From the NCBI GenBank assembly GCA_977030845.1, contig OZ365112.1, positions 17,422,001 to 17,486,000 on the forward strand: 64,000 bases of DNA, written 5' to 3'. This document shows, piece after piece, positions 26,801 to 39,342 of this stretch. The DNA comes from Fimbriosthenelais zetlandica (taxonomy: Eukaryota). Position 1 is the stretch's first letter. The number at the start of each line of letters is the position of its first letter. The notes beneath the pieces are model-generated. The model made no database searches and was not told the origin of the DNA. It was given only the letters and a program-made list of their open reading frames with translations. Both the position numbers and the translations under genes were made by a program.

Positions 26801-29800
26801 ACTGATTGTCAGGTCAGCCATGCAAGATGATGTTTCGCCCCACTAGAACCTGTCTAAATGAGTGGAAGCTAGACTTATAAACTGGTTCATACGTGGGGAA
26901 CCTTGACTGGCTTCTATAGTAGTGAGAATGTTCTTGTTCTCGCCTGGCCGTGTTGTGTGGGGGCCCTCTCACTGTTATCACATAGAGAGGAAGCTAATGA
27001 AGTGGGTTGATCTCTACTTAGACCTATTACCAGACCACCTCAGATGTGCCAGGCCCTGCACATACTGTGCCAGACTAACACTGCTCGCTGGGATCGATTC
27101 TTCTATTATACCCCTAGGTGCTCCTCCTCTCCCTTCACAGACCCCTGCAAGGCTGGCTCACTACTTTCTATGTGCATTATCCCTTTTTTGCTCACATTGC
27201 CACTGGGACTGGTGTTTTGAGGGAGGAGGCTGGCCAGCAGCCTTCCCACACAGTGAAATATTCATCAGGGCTCGAGTATTCTGCCCACTATCTCTCTGTC
27301 TGTGGAGAGGTGATTCAACAATGTAGCTCACTGAGGATACAAGCAGAAGCTCTATGGGTATAGATTGTCTAGATATACGGTAAACCTAAGTAGATTGTAC
27401 ACATAGCCACCCGTCAAGTATCTAGAGTACACATGGAATCAACCATATCACCCTTCAGGCTTACGGCACACCATGTGTTGATCTTGGCTCATCATCCTCT
27501 TATCCCAAGAACTGAGCACTAGACCGTATTTAGCAGGAATGGTCATGTTTTATACTTCACTTCACCCGGCCCTCCCTGAGACTATAACAATGCTTTAACA
27601 TCCTTCCTGCTAGATTATCTGCAGTATTCAGTCATACTTTGGTTCCCAAGATTTTTAATACTGATTCATATTTCTTAGCAGCAATTAACTGTGGCGTTTC
27701 CATCCAGTGAGATGAGATGGGGACTGAAAGGGAGTAGAGAAAGACAAGAAGTAGAAGAGGTGCTCAGTTGGTCATTATTAGGACTGGCAGGGAGTGTTTG
27801 GGTTTGGGATGGTGGGCAGCAGCCTTTAGAGAGGAGGAATCAATCTGTCCACAGACGGGTGATGATGAAAGGCCTGCTCTGTCTGCCCTTCTGCTCCCTC
27901 CACTAAGCACCCAACCACTCTCGTTAGGCTACACATGATTGGTCATCGACTGTCTGCACCTCCCTCCTCACTCCTCCTAACACCCTTCCCTATCCCTGTG
28001 TTTCTGTACAGGTCTGGGTTGCTCTTTCTGTGTCATTGATATTCCCTTCCCCCTTCTGCTCATTTTGCAGCTAGTTTTGGTCTCAAGCAAGGATAACAGT
28101 CACTTAAGCAGTAGACTTCTCACTTTAACAGTGTGAGGGTTTTTGTTTGATTTTTTTTTTCTCCTTTCTTAGCTTTTACAGCTATTGGTGATTTGCACTT
28201 CCCCTATCCCCGAGCAGGTACTCGTCTTGGCACTCATCCATTTTTAAGTGAGAATGGTGGAAGTTTGCTGTGAGCAAAACAATCCATTATGTTCCATCCA
28301 AGCCATTCCTTTTCCTTTACTAAGACATCTGGGGCTCATTTCATAATATATAACCTCACAGTAAAGAGAGACGCAGGCTCCTGGTGCTGATGTCTTTATG
28401 CGAGCTGGACTGAACCATATACATTGAGATTCTGCACCCATCCTTCCAATATTGGCTTGGATTATGGACTAGGACATGCCAGACTTGCTGGAGTTTTAGG
28501 AAAGCACTGCTGAATAGAAGAGTGCGTGGAATGTATCCATTGCATCCTCTCTCATGGGGATTCTATCCACTTTTGGATGGTCAAATGAATCCCTTTGAGG
28601 CAATTGCTGCCATAAAGACCAGAGTGAGACCTATTCCCGAGATAATCTGCCTGCAACTTTGTCCCCTCGTCCCTCTAAACCGACCAAGTGTTTCCCTGGG
28701 GCAGTTTATGGCCAGAGATCTAGTGAAGCAAGCCGGTTGTTTTTATGGTCGGTCTATTAAAAAGTCCGGTGATAAGGAGGGCTCTAGTCTGCCGAGATAC
28801 CTCTGGGGTGTAATTAAAGGCTTTGGAGATAAATAGGGGGTAATATGATCTTCAGTGCAGGTTGTCTTTATTCAACCGAGCATGAGACTTGTGAGGCCCC
28901 GTCCTCAGGTCTCCTTTATGCACGAGCTCTCCTGTACTAGTATTGCATTTCTTGGTCCACGTTGTGACCACTACTCGCCTCTCATACTGTATGTTGAGTA
29001 TTTATGGTTCGACTCTCCACAGAGACGATCAATCATAGGTCGGAGGGGTGGAAGTGGATGAAAAGAGTACGGCCTTTCCCCCCACTTGGTTTCCTCTAGT
29101 ATAAATCACACTGTCCCACCTCACTAGGCTAAATCGCCTAGGGATGGATGGCTTTCCAATATTTACACTTCATATTTAGCAAGGGAATCTCGTACTCTCA
29201 TATTTATGTATGGATGAATGTATGTTAGTTTGAATTTGAAACATACATAAGAGAATGGTTGAACTTTTCAATTCCCCGTCAAGTGATTCTGGGAGAGTTT
29301 GGGATGAAAAGAGATCTGGGGCTTGATATATCATTGATGAAAACCTCTGCTGGCCTCTGACCTGAGGTATCGTATTTATTCCTGTTTCATTCAGGCTTGA
29401 TACCAGGGGGACTGCAAGTAGTGTACGGAAAAGGCAAATTGGCCTGGCGCAGAGGCTGGCCTCTTGGCTCTACATAAGACCAACAGGAAATTGAAGAGAT
29501 GGCACTGGGTGAAAATCAAGGACCCTGCAGCCTGTTGTTGGATTATTTTAGATGAGATGCCTTGCTTCTTTGCTGGTATTGCCTGCAAAAGTCCCCAACT
29601 TTTTCACAATTTGGCCAGCCATTGATATTCCTCCATCTACTCTACATACCACAATTCGTTTACCCAGGAATAAGTGCTTCCACCTATATAACAACTGGCA
29701 TCATGCCAGTGTGGTCTGCCTCTCAAGCAATTCTAAAGACATCTTGGTTTCGGCTTCCAAAAAGAGACCCTACATTTTGCACAAATAAGTGCTCCACCAG

Positions 29801-31039
29801 CCAGTTTCGGCCATAACAATGGCACAGTCTGGCGGTGTAAAGCCCATATTTATCACATTCCCTCTTGGGTGATTTTGTAATCACACCAGCAGGAATCAAT
29901 CAATATTCAGGGTACACGTGACACTGGTGACTGGATGCCTTCACCCGTACCCTTCGTGGACTGGTCTGTGAGCTGGAAATTAAAGGTTTCCCTCGCCACT
30001 GGAACATTATTCCTGCCACGGGTGCAGAGTGTAACACCAGTACACCAGCCACCCCTACAAAGAGGGCGCTGGTGCACTGATCGATTTGTTAAGCAGTGGA
30101 GCGAGAAGAGAGCCATAGAAAGTCCTCATCACCAGCATGTACTTTTCAGTAAATATCAGTGTTGCTACAGACGTGTCCTGTGCCCATGAATTCATGTCTG
30201 GGAAGCATACAATCACTTGCCTGTCTGACTGGGGAGGGTGGGTGTGGGGGATGTTAAGGGAGGTCCTAGTTGGGAAGTGTATAAATAGAAAGCATTGAGC
30301 TCGGCATGACATGCTTCATCTGGGCAATGGGAAATACTACTGGATCCTCATTATGATGAAGCTTTCCCTCTTAGTGCTAATGACAAACTGATTTCCTCTG
30401 CCAAGTATTCGGCTTCATCTTTTCCTTTCTGCTTGGAAAATGTACCACTGTTATATCGAGTTATGATATAGTCAAGTGACTCGATCGATTCTACCATTTC
30501 TGAAGTAGTGGAACGCAATGTTGTATGGGATTATTTTGATCCCCATTGCTCCCAAGCACCCCCATTTCCAATGTGGTTATATTCCCAAGGGCAGGAAACA
30601 TACATGTCTTAATCATATTGATCCGGCCAGTATTGTTCCACAATTGATCGCCAATGTCCGGGAGAAGGTTATGCCCTGACCCGAATAGAATATAAATGCA
30701 AGTGATCATAACAGATGCCCATTGAGAATCATGATACCAGAACATATAAACAGTCCATATAGATATAAATATACCTCTACAATAACATGCCTATAGGTTA
30801 GGATGTTGGGCTGAAGATATTATTCAAATATAAGTTGCTCAAAGGCAGAAGTAAAAATAAGTGAGGGGTGAAACAGGGGGTGGAGAGAATTGCATGTGTT
30901 ATAATTCCTCTAGGATGTAAAGTAGGCCTGATCCCTAGCATTAATTTGCCAGATTACAGGGTTCAATAAATCAATGAGGGGAAATAATCAAATCAATACT
31001 CTCCTGTAGCAGCAGCAAACCATGCTTTGATTGTCTAGC

Positions 31040-31330
31040 TGAGCACAGTGTTAGTCTCACAGTTGCTAATTTCTCTGGCACCTGATAAATGTTAGTCAGG
31101 GGTAGAATGTGGAAACAAAACAAGAACTCATGAAATGGCAACCTTGAACTATCATAACTCGCCAAACATAATCCATTTGATGGAAATTAAAGAACCTAAG
31201 CCCCACTCTCTGCTGAAGTTTAATTCATTTGCTGTCTATATTGTTTGACAGTGACCCATCATGGGCCATGAACCCAAGGTACTTCATCCCCTTCAACCTT
31301 CCACATGCAACCACCTTATTTACTGGCTCG
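31040..31330 (-). mobile_element. Possible highly decayed non-LTR retrotransposon (RTE/CR1-like) RT C-terminal fragment
   Basis: Minus-strand translation gives MKYLGFMAHDGSLSNNIDSK*IK, resembling the LINE RT motif FKYLG...DG...EI..RI, and downstream in another frame CETNT, resembling YGCETWT. Stops, frameshifts and imperfect spacing make this weak. Confidence 0.3.
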
Positions 31331-32926
31331 GCCTCGCAGCTGAGAGTGTCTTCACCAAAGAAAATCAAGCTTTCCATTTGGTTAATTTGGCCCATGTTAA
31401 CAAGAACAGGTTCAGTACGCGGGACACGTGCTGAGTTCTCAGACCCTGATTTAAGGGAGAAACCTGCAGCCGGCCAGACACTGGAGACAATTACAGCGTG
31501 AGATGCCATATAACACATCTCAAAGGCTAGATGCTGCTGATTCCACAACCAGAGATCTATCCTGAATAATGCTCATACTAAGCTAATCTAACCACGTGGC
31601 CCTCGCGTATCCTAATCCAATACCAAGCTTTTGGGAGCAATCTGGAAGTATAAAATAAATTAAAGCCAATGAACAGAGTCAGCCTAACGATAGTTTGTCC
31701 GTACAGTGATGTTTCAAATACTTCCAAATTAACTCCACATCTAACCCTTTTAATTATTCTTGGCAAATTTCACACTCAAATTGCTAGTTCCTGTTTCCTT
31801 GAAGAATAAAATCTCAAAATATGCTTCTCATTTGCACGAAAGCTGTTTATTTTGTTTAATTATTCGTCAAATGTTCCCAATGTATGTGTATGCATTGTGA
31901 ATATGTTAGAAGTACATGGTGAGATGGGCTGACAAGTATGTACCTGACATTCCCTTATGGCAGTTTGGACATGGGCAAAGCAATGTAACCAAAATGTAAC
32001 AGGGTGTTGGTAACACTACATGGCACCTATTGCTCTCTTATCAGTGTAGTGCTGCGAATACAAAGTCTTAAACAGTTCTCAAGGTGTTGCTTTACTCATT
32101 GAATCCAGGTGCGATATCTATTAAATCTAACCTGCAGTTAGTAGTTTAACCATTATATTTACTGCTATTCCCCTTGTTAAATATGACAGTCACATTGTCC
32201 TCCCATCGAATCCCTTTGGTAAAGTCTTCGTACCAAGCTGTCTAGTAGTGAACAAAAAATTGCCGTTCTAGTGGCAGGGACTCAGGAAGAGGGTATGTTA
32301 CACAGTCGCTTGGTTATAAGCCCCTGCTCTAGCACCCGCTCCTCCCTTGCTTCTCCCTTGTTGATGTGCTTCTCGTGGCTGGTGTCAGAGTTCCCCCATA
32401 TTCCCTCATGTGTGTGTCCCCCAGGTGTCCTCTTATCAACAACTAAACAATACAAAATCCTCATTAAATAACATGCTCACTTTACCAAAATTAATAAAGT
32501 AACGTTGAATTTCATCTAGATGTTGGGTGAACAAAGAAAATTGAATTTCCAAGTAAATAACTTATTACCTGCCCCCATATTAAGAAAAAAAAACACTGAT
32601 ACCAAATTTTATGCAGAGATTGTATACAGTAGGCTGTACATATTTACACATGTAGGATGTGTTTAGTTAAGGCCTGTTTGCGTGCTCACGTGTCCTGGCT
32701 TGTCATCAGAGTTAATATTTACTCCCCTGGTTTGGATGATTCTAATATTAACACTCTGTATTGTGATATAGGCAGCTGCTGGTTGATGCATGAAGAGAGT
32801 GACCGTCGTCCCTGGGGCCTGAGGTCACCCCCTCCCTGTATCAGTCACTAGAACAGCTTCATATGATGACCATTCTAATATCTGGTATATTTTCTCACAT
32901 ATTTTATTTTCTCTCACCCTTACTAG

Positions 32927-33604
32927 GTTTAGAGCCAGTGCTCTCGGAAGAAGGCTCACTTGCTCTCCCTCAGGTGCTTGCTGATCACGTGGCCAAATTG
33001 GTGCAGAACAAATTCTCCGAGCTGACCAATAGCTTCACATCACCCTACGCCAGGCGGAAGGTACTGGCTGGAGTGGTGATGACCACTACAGAGGATGTGG
33101 AAAGTGCGCAGGTCATCTGTGTCTCCACTGGCACCAAGTGTATCAACGGCGAGTACATGAGTGACCAGGGGCTCGTCGTCAACGACTGCCACGCTGAGGT
33201 CATAGCACGTCGTTGTTTACGTCGCTTCCTCTACACTCAGCTTGAACTCCACCTCGACCCACTCACGACAGCAAACTCCATATTTCAGCTGAAGGCTGAT
33301 GGCATGGGCTACTGCCTGAAGGAAAGTGTCAAGTTTCACTTGTACATATCCACCTCACCGTGCGGTGACGCCCGCATCTTTGCCCCGCATGAGACGGGTC
33401 ATGAAGGTGCTGAAGGGGGTGACCGTCACCCCAACAGAAAGGCACGAGGACAGCTACGCACAAAGATCGAATCTGGAGAAGGCACAATCCCAGTGAGGTC
33501 GAGTTCTGGCATCCAGACATGGGACGGTGTGCTGCAGGGAGAAAGGCTCCTCACCATGTCTTGTAGTGACAAAATATCTCGCTGGAATATCACTGGCGTC
33601 CAAG
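32927..33604 (+). CDS. ADARB1: ADAR2-like editase, deaminase domain N-terminal exon (zinc ligands and catalytic Glu)
   Basis: LPQVLADH...STGTKCINGEYMSDQG...DCHAE (His 33190, Glu 33196), STSPCGDARIF (Cys 33361), RTKIESGEGTIP base-flipping loop, MSCSDK (Cys 33562). Acceptor TAG ending 32926 and donor AAG|GTTAGT at 33605, both phase 1. Confidence 0.98.
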
Positions 33605-33835
33605 GTTAGTGCTTTTCTCACACATCTTCAACTTTAATTTAAGGCTATATAACTTAAATTTTAAGGCTATTGATTGGTATTATAAGCATTTCACAATTCT
33701 GGTGATAAATTTTACGTACTGATATTCATGAGATGAAGTCAACTAATAATGTATGCTTGAAAAATGCCTTAGACATGAAATATTTCTTTTCAGTACAAAT
33801 TACAAATGGTTATGTGTGTCCTCTTGATGTTACAG

Positions 33836-34374
33836 GCGCCTTATTGAGTCACTTTGTGGAACCTATATTCTTCAACTCCATTATACTGGGCAGCTTGTAC
33901 CACCGTGACCACATGTCACGAGCCATGTTTGCTAGGATCACCATCCCGGATGCGCTTCCACCTGGATACCGGTTTAACCGACCCTTATTGTCAGGCATCT
34001 CAAGCCCCGAGTGTCGACAGCCAGGCAAAGCACCCAACTTCTGTGCCAACTGGCTATCATGTGATGAGGGTCTAGAGGTAGTCACTGCCATGACAGGTAA
34101 GACAGAGGCTGGATCTCCGTCACGCCTCTGTAAGTACGAACTCTTCGTCAAGTTTAACAAACTCTGGGGCATGATCCAATCATGCACCTTGCAGAAAGTG
34201 CTACAGAAGCCCAAACTGTACTCAGAGGCCAAGTCCTCAGTCATGGACTACCAAGTAGCCAAACAGCATGTACACATGGCCTTCAAGACAGCAGGCCTGG
34301 GAGCCTGGATAAAAAAGCCCCTGGAACAAGACCAGTTTGATATAGTGCCACAAGTAGGCGAATCAGACAGTTGA
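33836..34374 (+). CDS. ADARB1: ADAR2-like editase, last coding exon (deaminase C-terminal, IP6-binding half)
   Basis: GALLSHFVEPIFFNSIILGSLYH...RQPGKAPNF...SRLCK...GLGAWIKKPLEQDQF matches the ADAR2 C-terminus; acceptor CAG ending 33835 (phase 1); TGA at 34372-34374. Joined CDS is 2067 nt = 688 aa. Confidence 0.97.
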
Positions 34375-37300
34375 AGTCACCACTCTGGCCCATCTCTGGC
34401 CAAACCAAAGCCTAAAGATTTCAACACCTACACCCTTTGCAATTCATTAATCCCGGCGACCTGCGACTTAAATTAATGGTCACATCAAGTCATGGCAGAT
34501 TACTGTCACTAACTAAGACATTCTCTGTTAGGTTGATTATTTTAATGTTAGGGTCTTCTGGTAGGCTACTGTTCACGTCTGGACTTCTTTCACTCCATTG
34601 CTTCCTGTCTATTTCATTCGTTGTTTACATATAACATATCTGTCTTAATACTGATAATTGGGGGCCTTCTTCACGCCCACCCTGTTATTGAGTACGTTAT
34701 TTGATGAGTAGCCATTAGACGGCAGCACAATTCTCCATCAGTGTTCATATGATTCTGAGAATATATCTAGTTCTACTTACATTATTTTACTATCATTATG
34801 AGAGGCTGTAGGTAGTGTTGTTGATGGCTTCCTCCCAATGGTTAAAACGGGCATAGGACTAGGTCCAAGTTCCTTCATAATATATTCCTACTTTATATTG
34901 CATGGCGCCTCGACTCCTGTTCCCATGTTCTCACAGCATTGTATACTTTACTGCTGATATAGCCAACTTGATGAGGCCCGTGTAGCTCAAACATTTTTCT
35001 CTTCTGGTTACAGAAGAGTTTTTCCCCCTCACAGTGGTTTGTCTAGTCTTTTAAATGGAGAGAGTTGATACTGCCCTGAAAGGTATCTGTGAAAGTAGGG
35101 AGGTTGTAGTGAGATTATCTGGAACTGATTTCACAAAAAGTAGACACAAGGGCTTAGGTCAGTTCTCTCTGAGTCTTGGAAATGGTTATCTCGTATGGTT
35201 TACCTGCCCTTGGCTGCACCCTTTCTTCCCTCATCCCAGGGTCCCCCCTTTCCTTCATCTTCCTTGTATCTAGCACACCTTGTTAATGAGGGATTTGTCC
35301 CCTCATTTTTCACCTAGAATTTCTCTTTCTCTCTATTTGTACATAAAAGCATGCATGCCATGGACTGCAACACGCATCCACATTGTTACTACTTCCTCAT
35401 GCACGAGTAGGCCACAGAAGGCTAGCATTTCAGCCTTGCTGTGAGCAGCTCCATATTATATATTATACATGACAAATCTAGTTTCAAAACCCACTCAGTG
35501 AGCCACTCATGTACCGACGTTTCCTTAATTTCCTTCAGTTCCTCTGCCAAAAATTATTCCTTGGCTAGTTTGTTAAATTGGTCTAAATGCAAATAGTTTT
35601 TTCTTTATAAAAGGTATCTCGCTGTTGGAATGCAAAAGGAAAGTAGATTTTTTGAGCAGGCTCATGTCCTTGTTGGGGATATATCGCCGAGTAGTGGTCT
35701 CACTGGTTGGGTTTTGTCACCAAGTGATACATATGCAGCATTTACCTGGACACTCCCTGCCAGCTCCCTGACGCTGCCTTGTGATGCATACCTTGACGGC
35801 ATCATGGATGTCATCCCCAGGCTCAACCCTTCCCCGAATCCTCACACCAACTCCCGGCTCGTTGTATGTTCACTCTGCTACATCCTGACTGCACCACCGT
35901 TTAAGGCAGGTCAGGATGCATGTTGGTCATCATGATCCTGAATAATTAGCAATAATTAATATCTCGTCCAAGCCTTGTGTCACTGAGACTCAGAAAGTGC
36001 TGTCTGCCAATCTGAGTGCACAACATATCTAAATCAGGAGGGACATTTTTAATGGTGTGCGTATTAATTAATGGGACGATTATAATTATTTTTTATTAAC
36101 AGAGCTGTGAGATTCGGGGAACAGTCTCGTGTTCAGCATCACCGCTGAGGTATTCTGGTGAAGAAGTGTCCAGAACCCTATTGCTCACAAACCCATTATA
36201 CCTATGAACAAATGTATATCCATATATATCTATATACATTATACAAGTTTAATACTTTTAGCAGTCTTTGGAAGTTAACTTTAATATAATGTTGATCATG
36301 ATGATACTATATTCATACTAGGAATCAGCCCGAGTCCCCAACATGTTAATCATGGTTAGATTAAAGATTAAAGTGTGGACCGCGATGCCACAGTGTCCCT
36401 ATCTCATACCATCAAAACCATATCCCCGCATACAGGTCCCCCTTGTAGTAACGGTTCAGCAGGATCTCCCCTCTCAAGGCATTGAATGTTTAATCAGGTT
36501 TTCACGCATGTCATTGGCAAAAGCTCCTGAGTGTGATCTTGAGGTCTGTCTGTTTAGCACCTGGTATCATTCTTCTTTAGACAGAATTGCATAATTTCCG
36601 TGTAGGGTGAATGCCTGATGTCCTTCACTTTGGCATTAAAATACAAGTGGTGCACACATTGTTGATAATTGATGATATATCATCATGCATTAAGATCAAA
36701 AATCGAGGCTCATTTCCATCATTTGTGAAGTGCCAGGTTTGGTTATAGGTTGGCCCAGTGGTGACAAGACTGAAGTCCTGCAGGCATCGTGCTTCCCATA
36801 CCCAGAGGTTTTCAATGTGTTCACTCCAGGAAATGTTACGGCTACTGCTCAACTATTTACGTTGTGGTAATGACAGTGATAACAAGTGGATATTGCAGCA
36901 GGGTTTCCTGACGCTGAATGTCTATGACATGGACGAGTGACAGAATTTGAGTAGAGCTCCTTCTTATAACGAACTGCTCTATCTAACATCCAGCGTTATA
37001 AGTATCGTTGGCGAGTGTGGTCCCATATTACAGCTCCTTGAATACAAAGGGAAAAAAGGAAGCAAGAGAAACGGAGAGAGACTAACAGAATGAGGTTCAA
37101 TGCTATCAAGTGCCTGTAGTCTTGTGATTCACTGAACGCTCGTAAGGAATTTTAAGGCCGATGAGTTAATCCAGGGTTGGTTCGTCCCATGTTATATCAA
37201 CGATCACATGTTTCAGGTCATTGGGTACTTTGAAAAATACAGTAAAGTAATAAAATAATTTGTATCATCATGGAAAAATAGAGATGTACATATTATTTGA

Positions 37301-39342
37301 ATGAAATGTTTTTTAACAAAAAAATGATTGATCATTATCTGTGGGCTGAATGTATGAATATAAGTAAAGACTACTTGTGATCTATCCATACCTATGTCAG
37401 GATTTGTCATTTTTATGCCACTACTCTCCCTCATATGATGTGACTTGTCAATGTTCCGGTTTGAACGCCTCTTGTAAGCCAGTCAGTAAAAGCTTTCACC
37501 TGGCTTCAGCAGAAACAAGTTGATAAAATGATGATGAGTTATGGTATAAAACTAGAACAGAGCTGGGCTTAGTTCGCCGGTAAATCACAGGAGATCACAC
37601 CTGATTATGTTCAATCTTCCTATTTTATGTTCCAAATGTGTTGTTATCATGATTATCTACACCTTAGTAGTCAACAGTAAGGAAACCATCGCGATTGAAC
37701 ATGAAAGGGTCCCGTCTGGACTTGTCTGAATTAAATCCAATTCTCATTAGTGACGGATCGATGATTAATCAGTGTGGGCGAGATACCTCATCTGATAGAT
37801 GGAGTGTGGATAGATTAAACTTGTTCCCAAGTTAGGAAATTGAGCTCTGTGACCAAAGAAAACACTGGAGATTAAGGGGTTGTGTGGGCTCCGTGTAATA
37901 ATCCACTTAGAGGATGAGAGGAGGATGGATCTAGGTGGGGATAAGGGATTACCCTCCCCGGATTACTTACAAATCCAACATGCAGGCTGTCTATAGGTCA
38001 ACCCATGGGTTTAACATTATGGACTACAGATGTATATGTGTTCCCTTTACTACTGTCAGGAAGCTACTGTACGGTCAGGTCGTACATTTGCAAACATTAA
38101 AATATCATAGATTTTATATACATTATAATACATGGCCTGTTATGAAGGAAAAAAATATCCTATGAGTTTGAAGTTTTAATTTGGTGTGATCACTAGGAGG
38201 TTCAAAGTTCATGTTATCAGCAATAAAATGATTCTGTATTTTCCTTAGATCTTTACAAATATATGAATAAAATGATTACATCATATAATCTGTGAATGTA
38301 AGGATTTATGTCTACTTATGTTCAGTTATAAGACTTTTATGTCAGGTATGATTTTGTATTTATTTTCATATTGGTTCCTGGGGTACGCTGTACCAAGTAC
38401 GGCAGCAGTTTCATGATTCAAGGCTTTGATTAGTTATGTTTGTTCTACAATGTTTTGTATTTGCCCCTTGAACTAGTGACTTGTCCCCGACCACATGGAT
38501 GCTTTATATTTATCTTTCTTTACCTCTGTCTCTTCCCTTATGGATTATTATATAAACTTTCCAAGTGTTGTTTTCCTGTGTTTTATACGTTTACCTTTTT
38601 GTTCCTCCAAATGTTTGTTAGGTGTTCTCTAGTATTTAAGGCCAGTGCAAATCCCTTCTCACATGGCTCGTTCCCTTTGTATGTAAGCCTGAGATGGAAA
38701 AATTTAACTATGGCTATTCCTGTATATTATTGCAGAAGAAAGACAGTGATTCATGACATTATTAATAAAAGTTCAAGCAATGCAATATCTTGTCTTGTCT
38801 ATCACTATGTTGTTCCCACAATTTCAAGCAGACTCTCATATAAGTTATGTATATGCGAGGAATGTGTTCCTACCAATTCATCCGGTGGTAAAAATGAATA
38901 ATTTCTACCACCCTTTCTTCCTGAAAAGTGTCCATAGAAACGGTTTGTATATAAACTCCCATATAATATAGACTGCCATAAAGTGCTTCAATAGAAAACA
39001 AATTTATAATTTCCATTAAATTTCAATTAAAAGTTTCATTTGTTGATGTGAAAAGGAAATATAGTACACCTGGGGATCCCTTAATCATCAAAAAGAGACT
39101 AGGTTGGTGCACAATTATTAAGAAGTTGGAAAAGAAGCTGCTGAACATGTCCTGACACCTGGTGTTATTATCAGAAACTATGTACCACCGGGATGGGTAC
39201 TCTGTTTGGTGCTCAGCAGATAGGCCTACAGGTCTTTATAAAGAGATGATGGAAAATATTAGATTAGCCTTTAATACAACATAATAATTGTATTAACCTC
39301 AAACTTAATAAAATTATTTATAGATTTGTTTTCTTTTTCCAG

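Noticed and set aside
28522-28836. ISKAF and LPQG strings on the - strand resembling reverse-transcriptase motifs
   Set aside because: Different frames, wrong spacing and no YxDD motif.
33472-33474. Ser of KIESGEG, the Drosophila Adar self-edited Ser-to-Gly site
   Set aside because: The codon here is TCT with no adenosine, so that recoding cannot occur.
34351-34359. CAA|GTAGGC donor just before the ADAR2 stop that might fuse full-length ADAR2 to the 39343 exon
   Set aside because: It is phase 0 while the acceptor needs phase 1; it would require an unseen adaptor exon.
35413-35443. 11-bp hairpin with one bulge in the presumed ADAR2 3' UTR
   Set aside because: Short enough to arise by chance in several kb; no SECIS or other known motif.
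38339-38351. ATG TCA G|GTATGA micro first exon (phase 1) for an independent dsRBM-RGG gene
   Set aside because: Poor Kozak context and AT-rich UTR-like surroundings with no promoter features; kept only as the alternative to test for the main finding.
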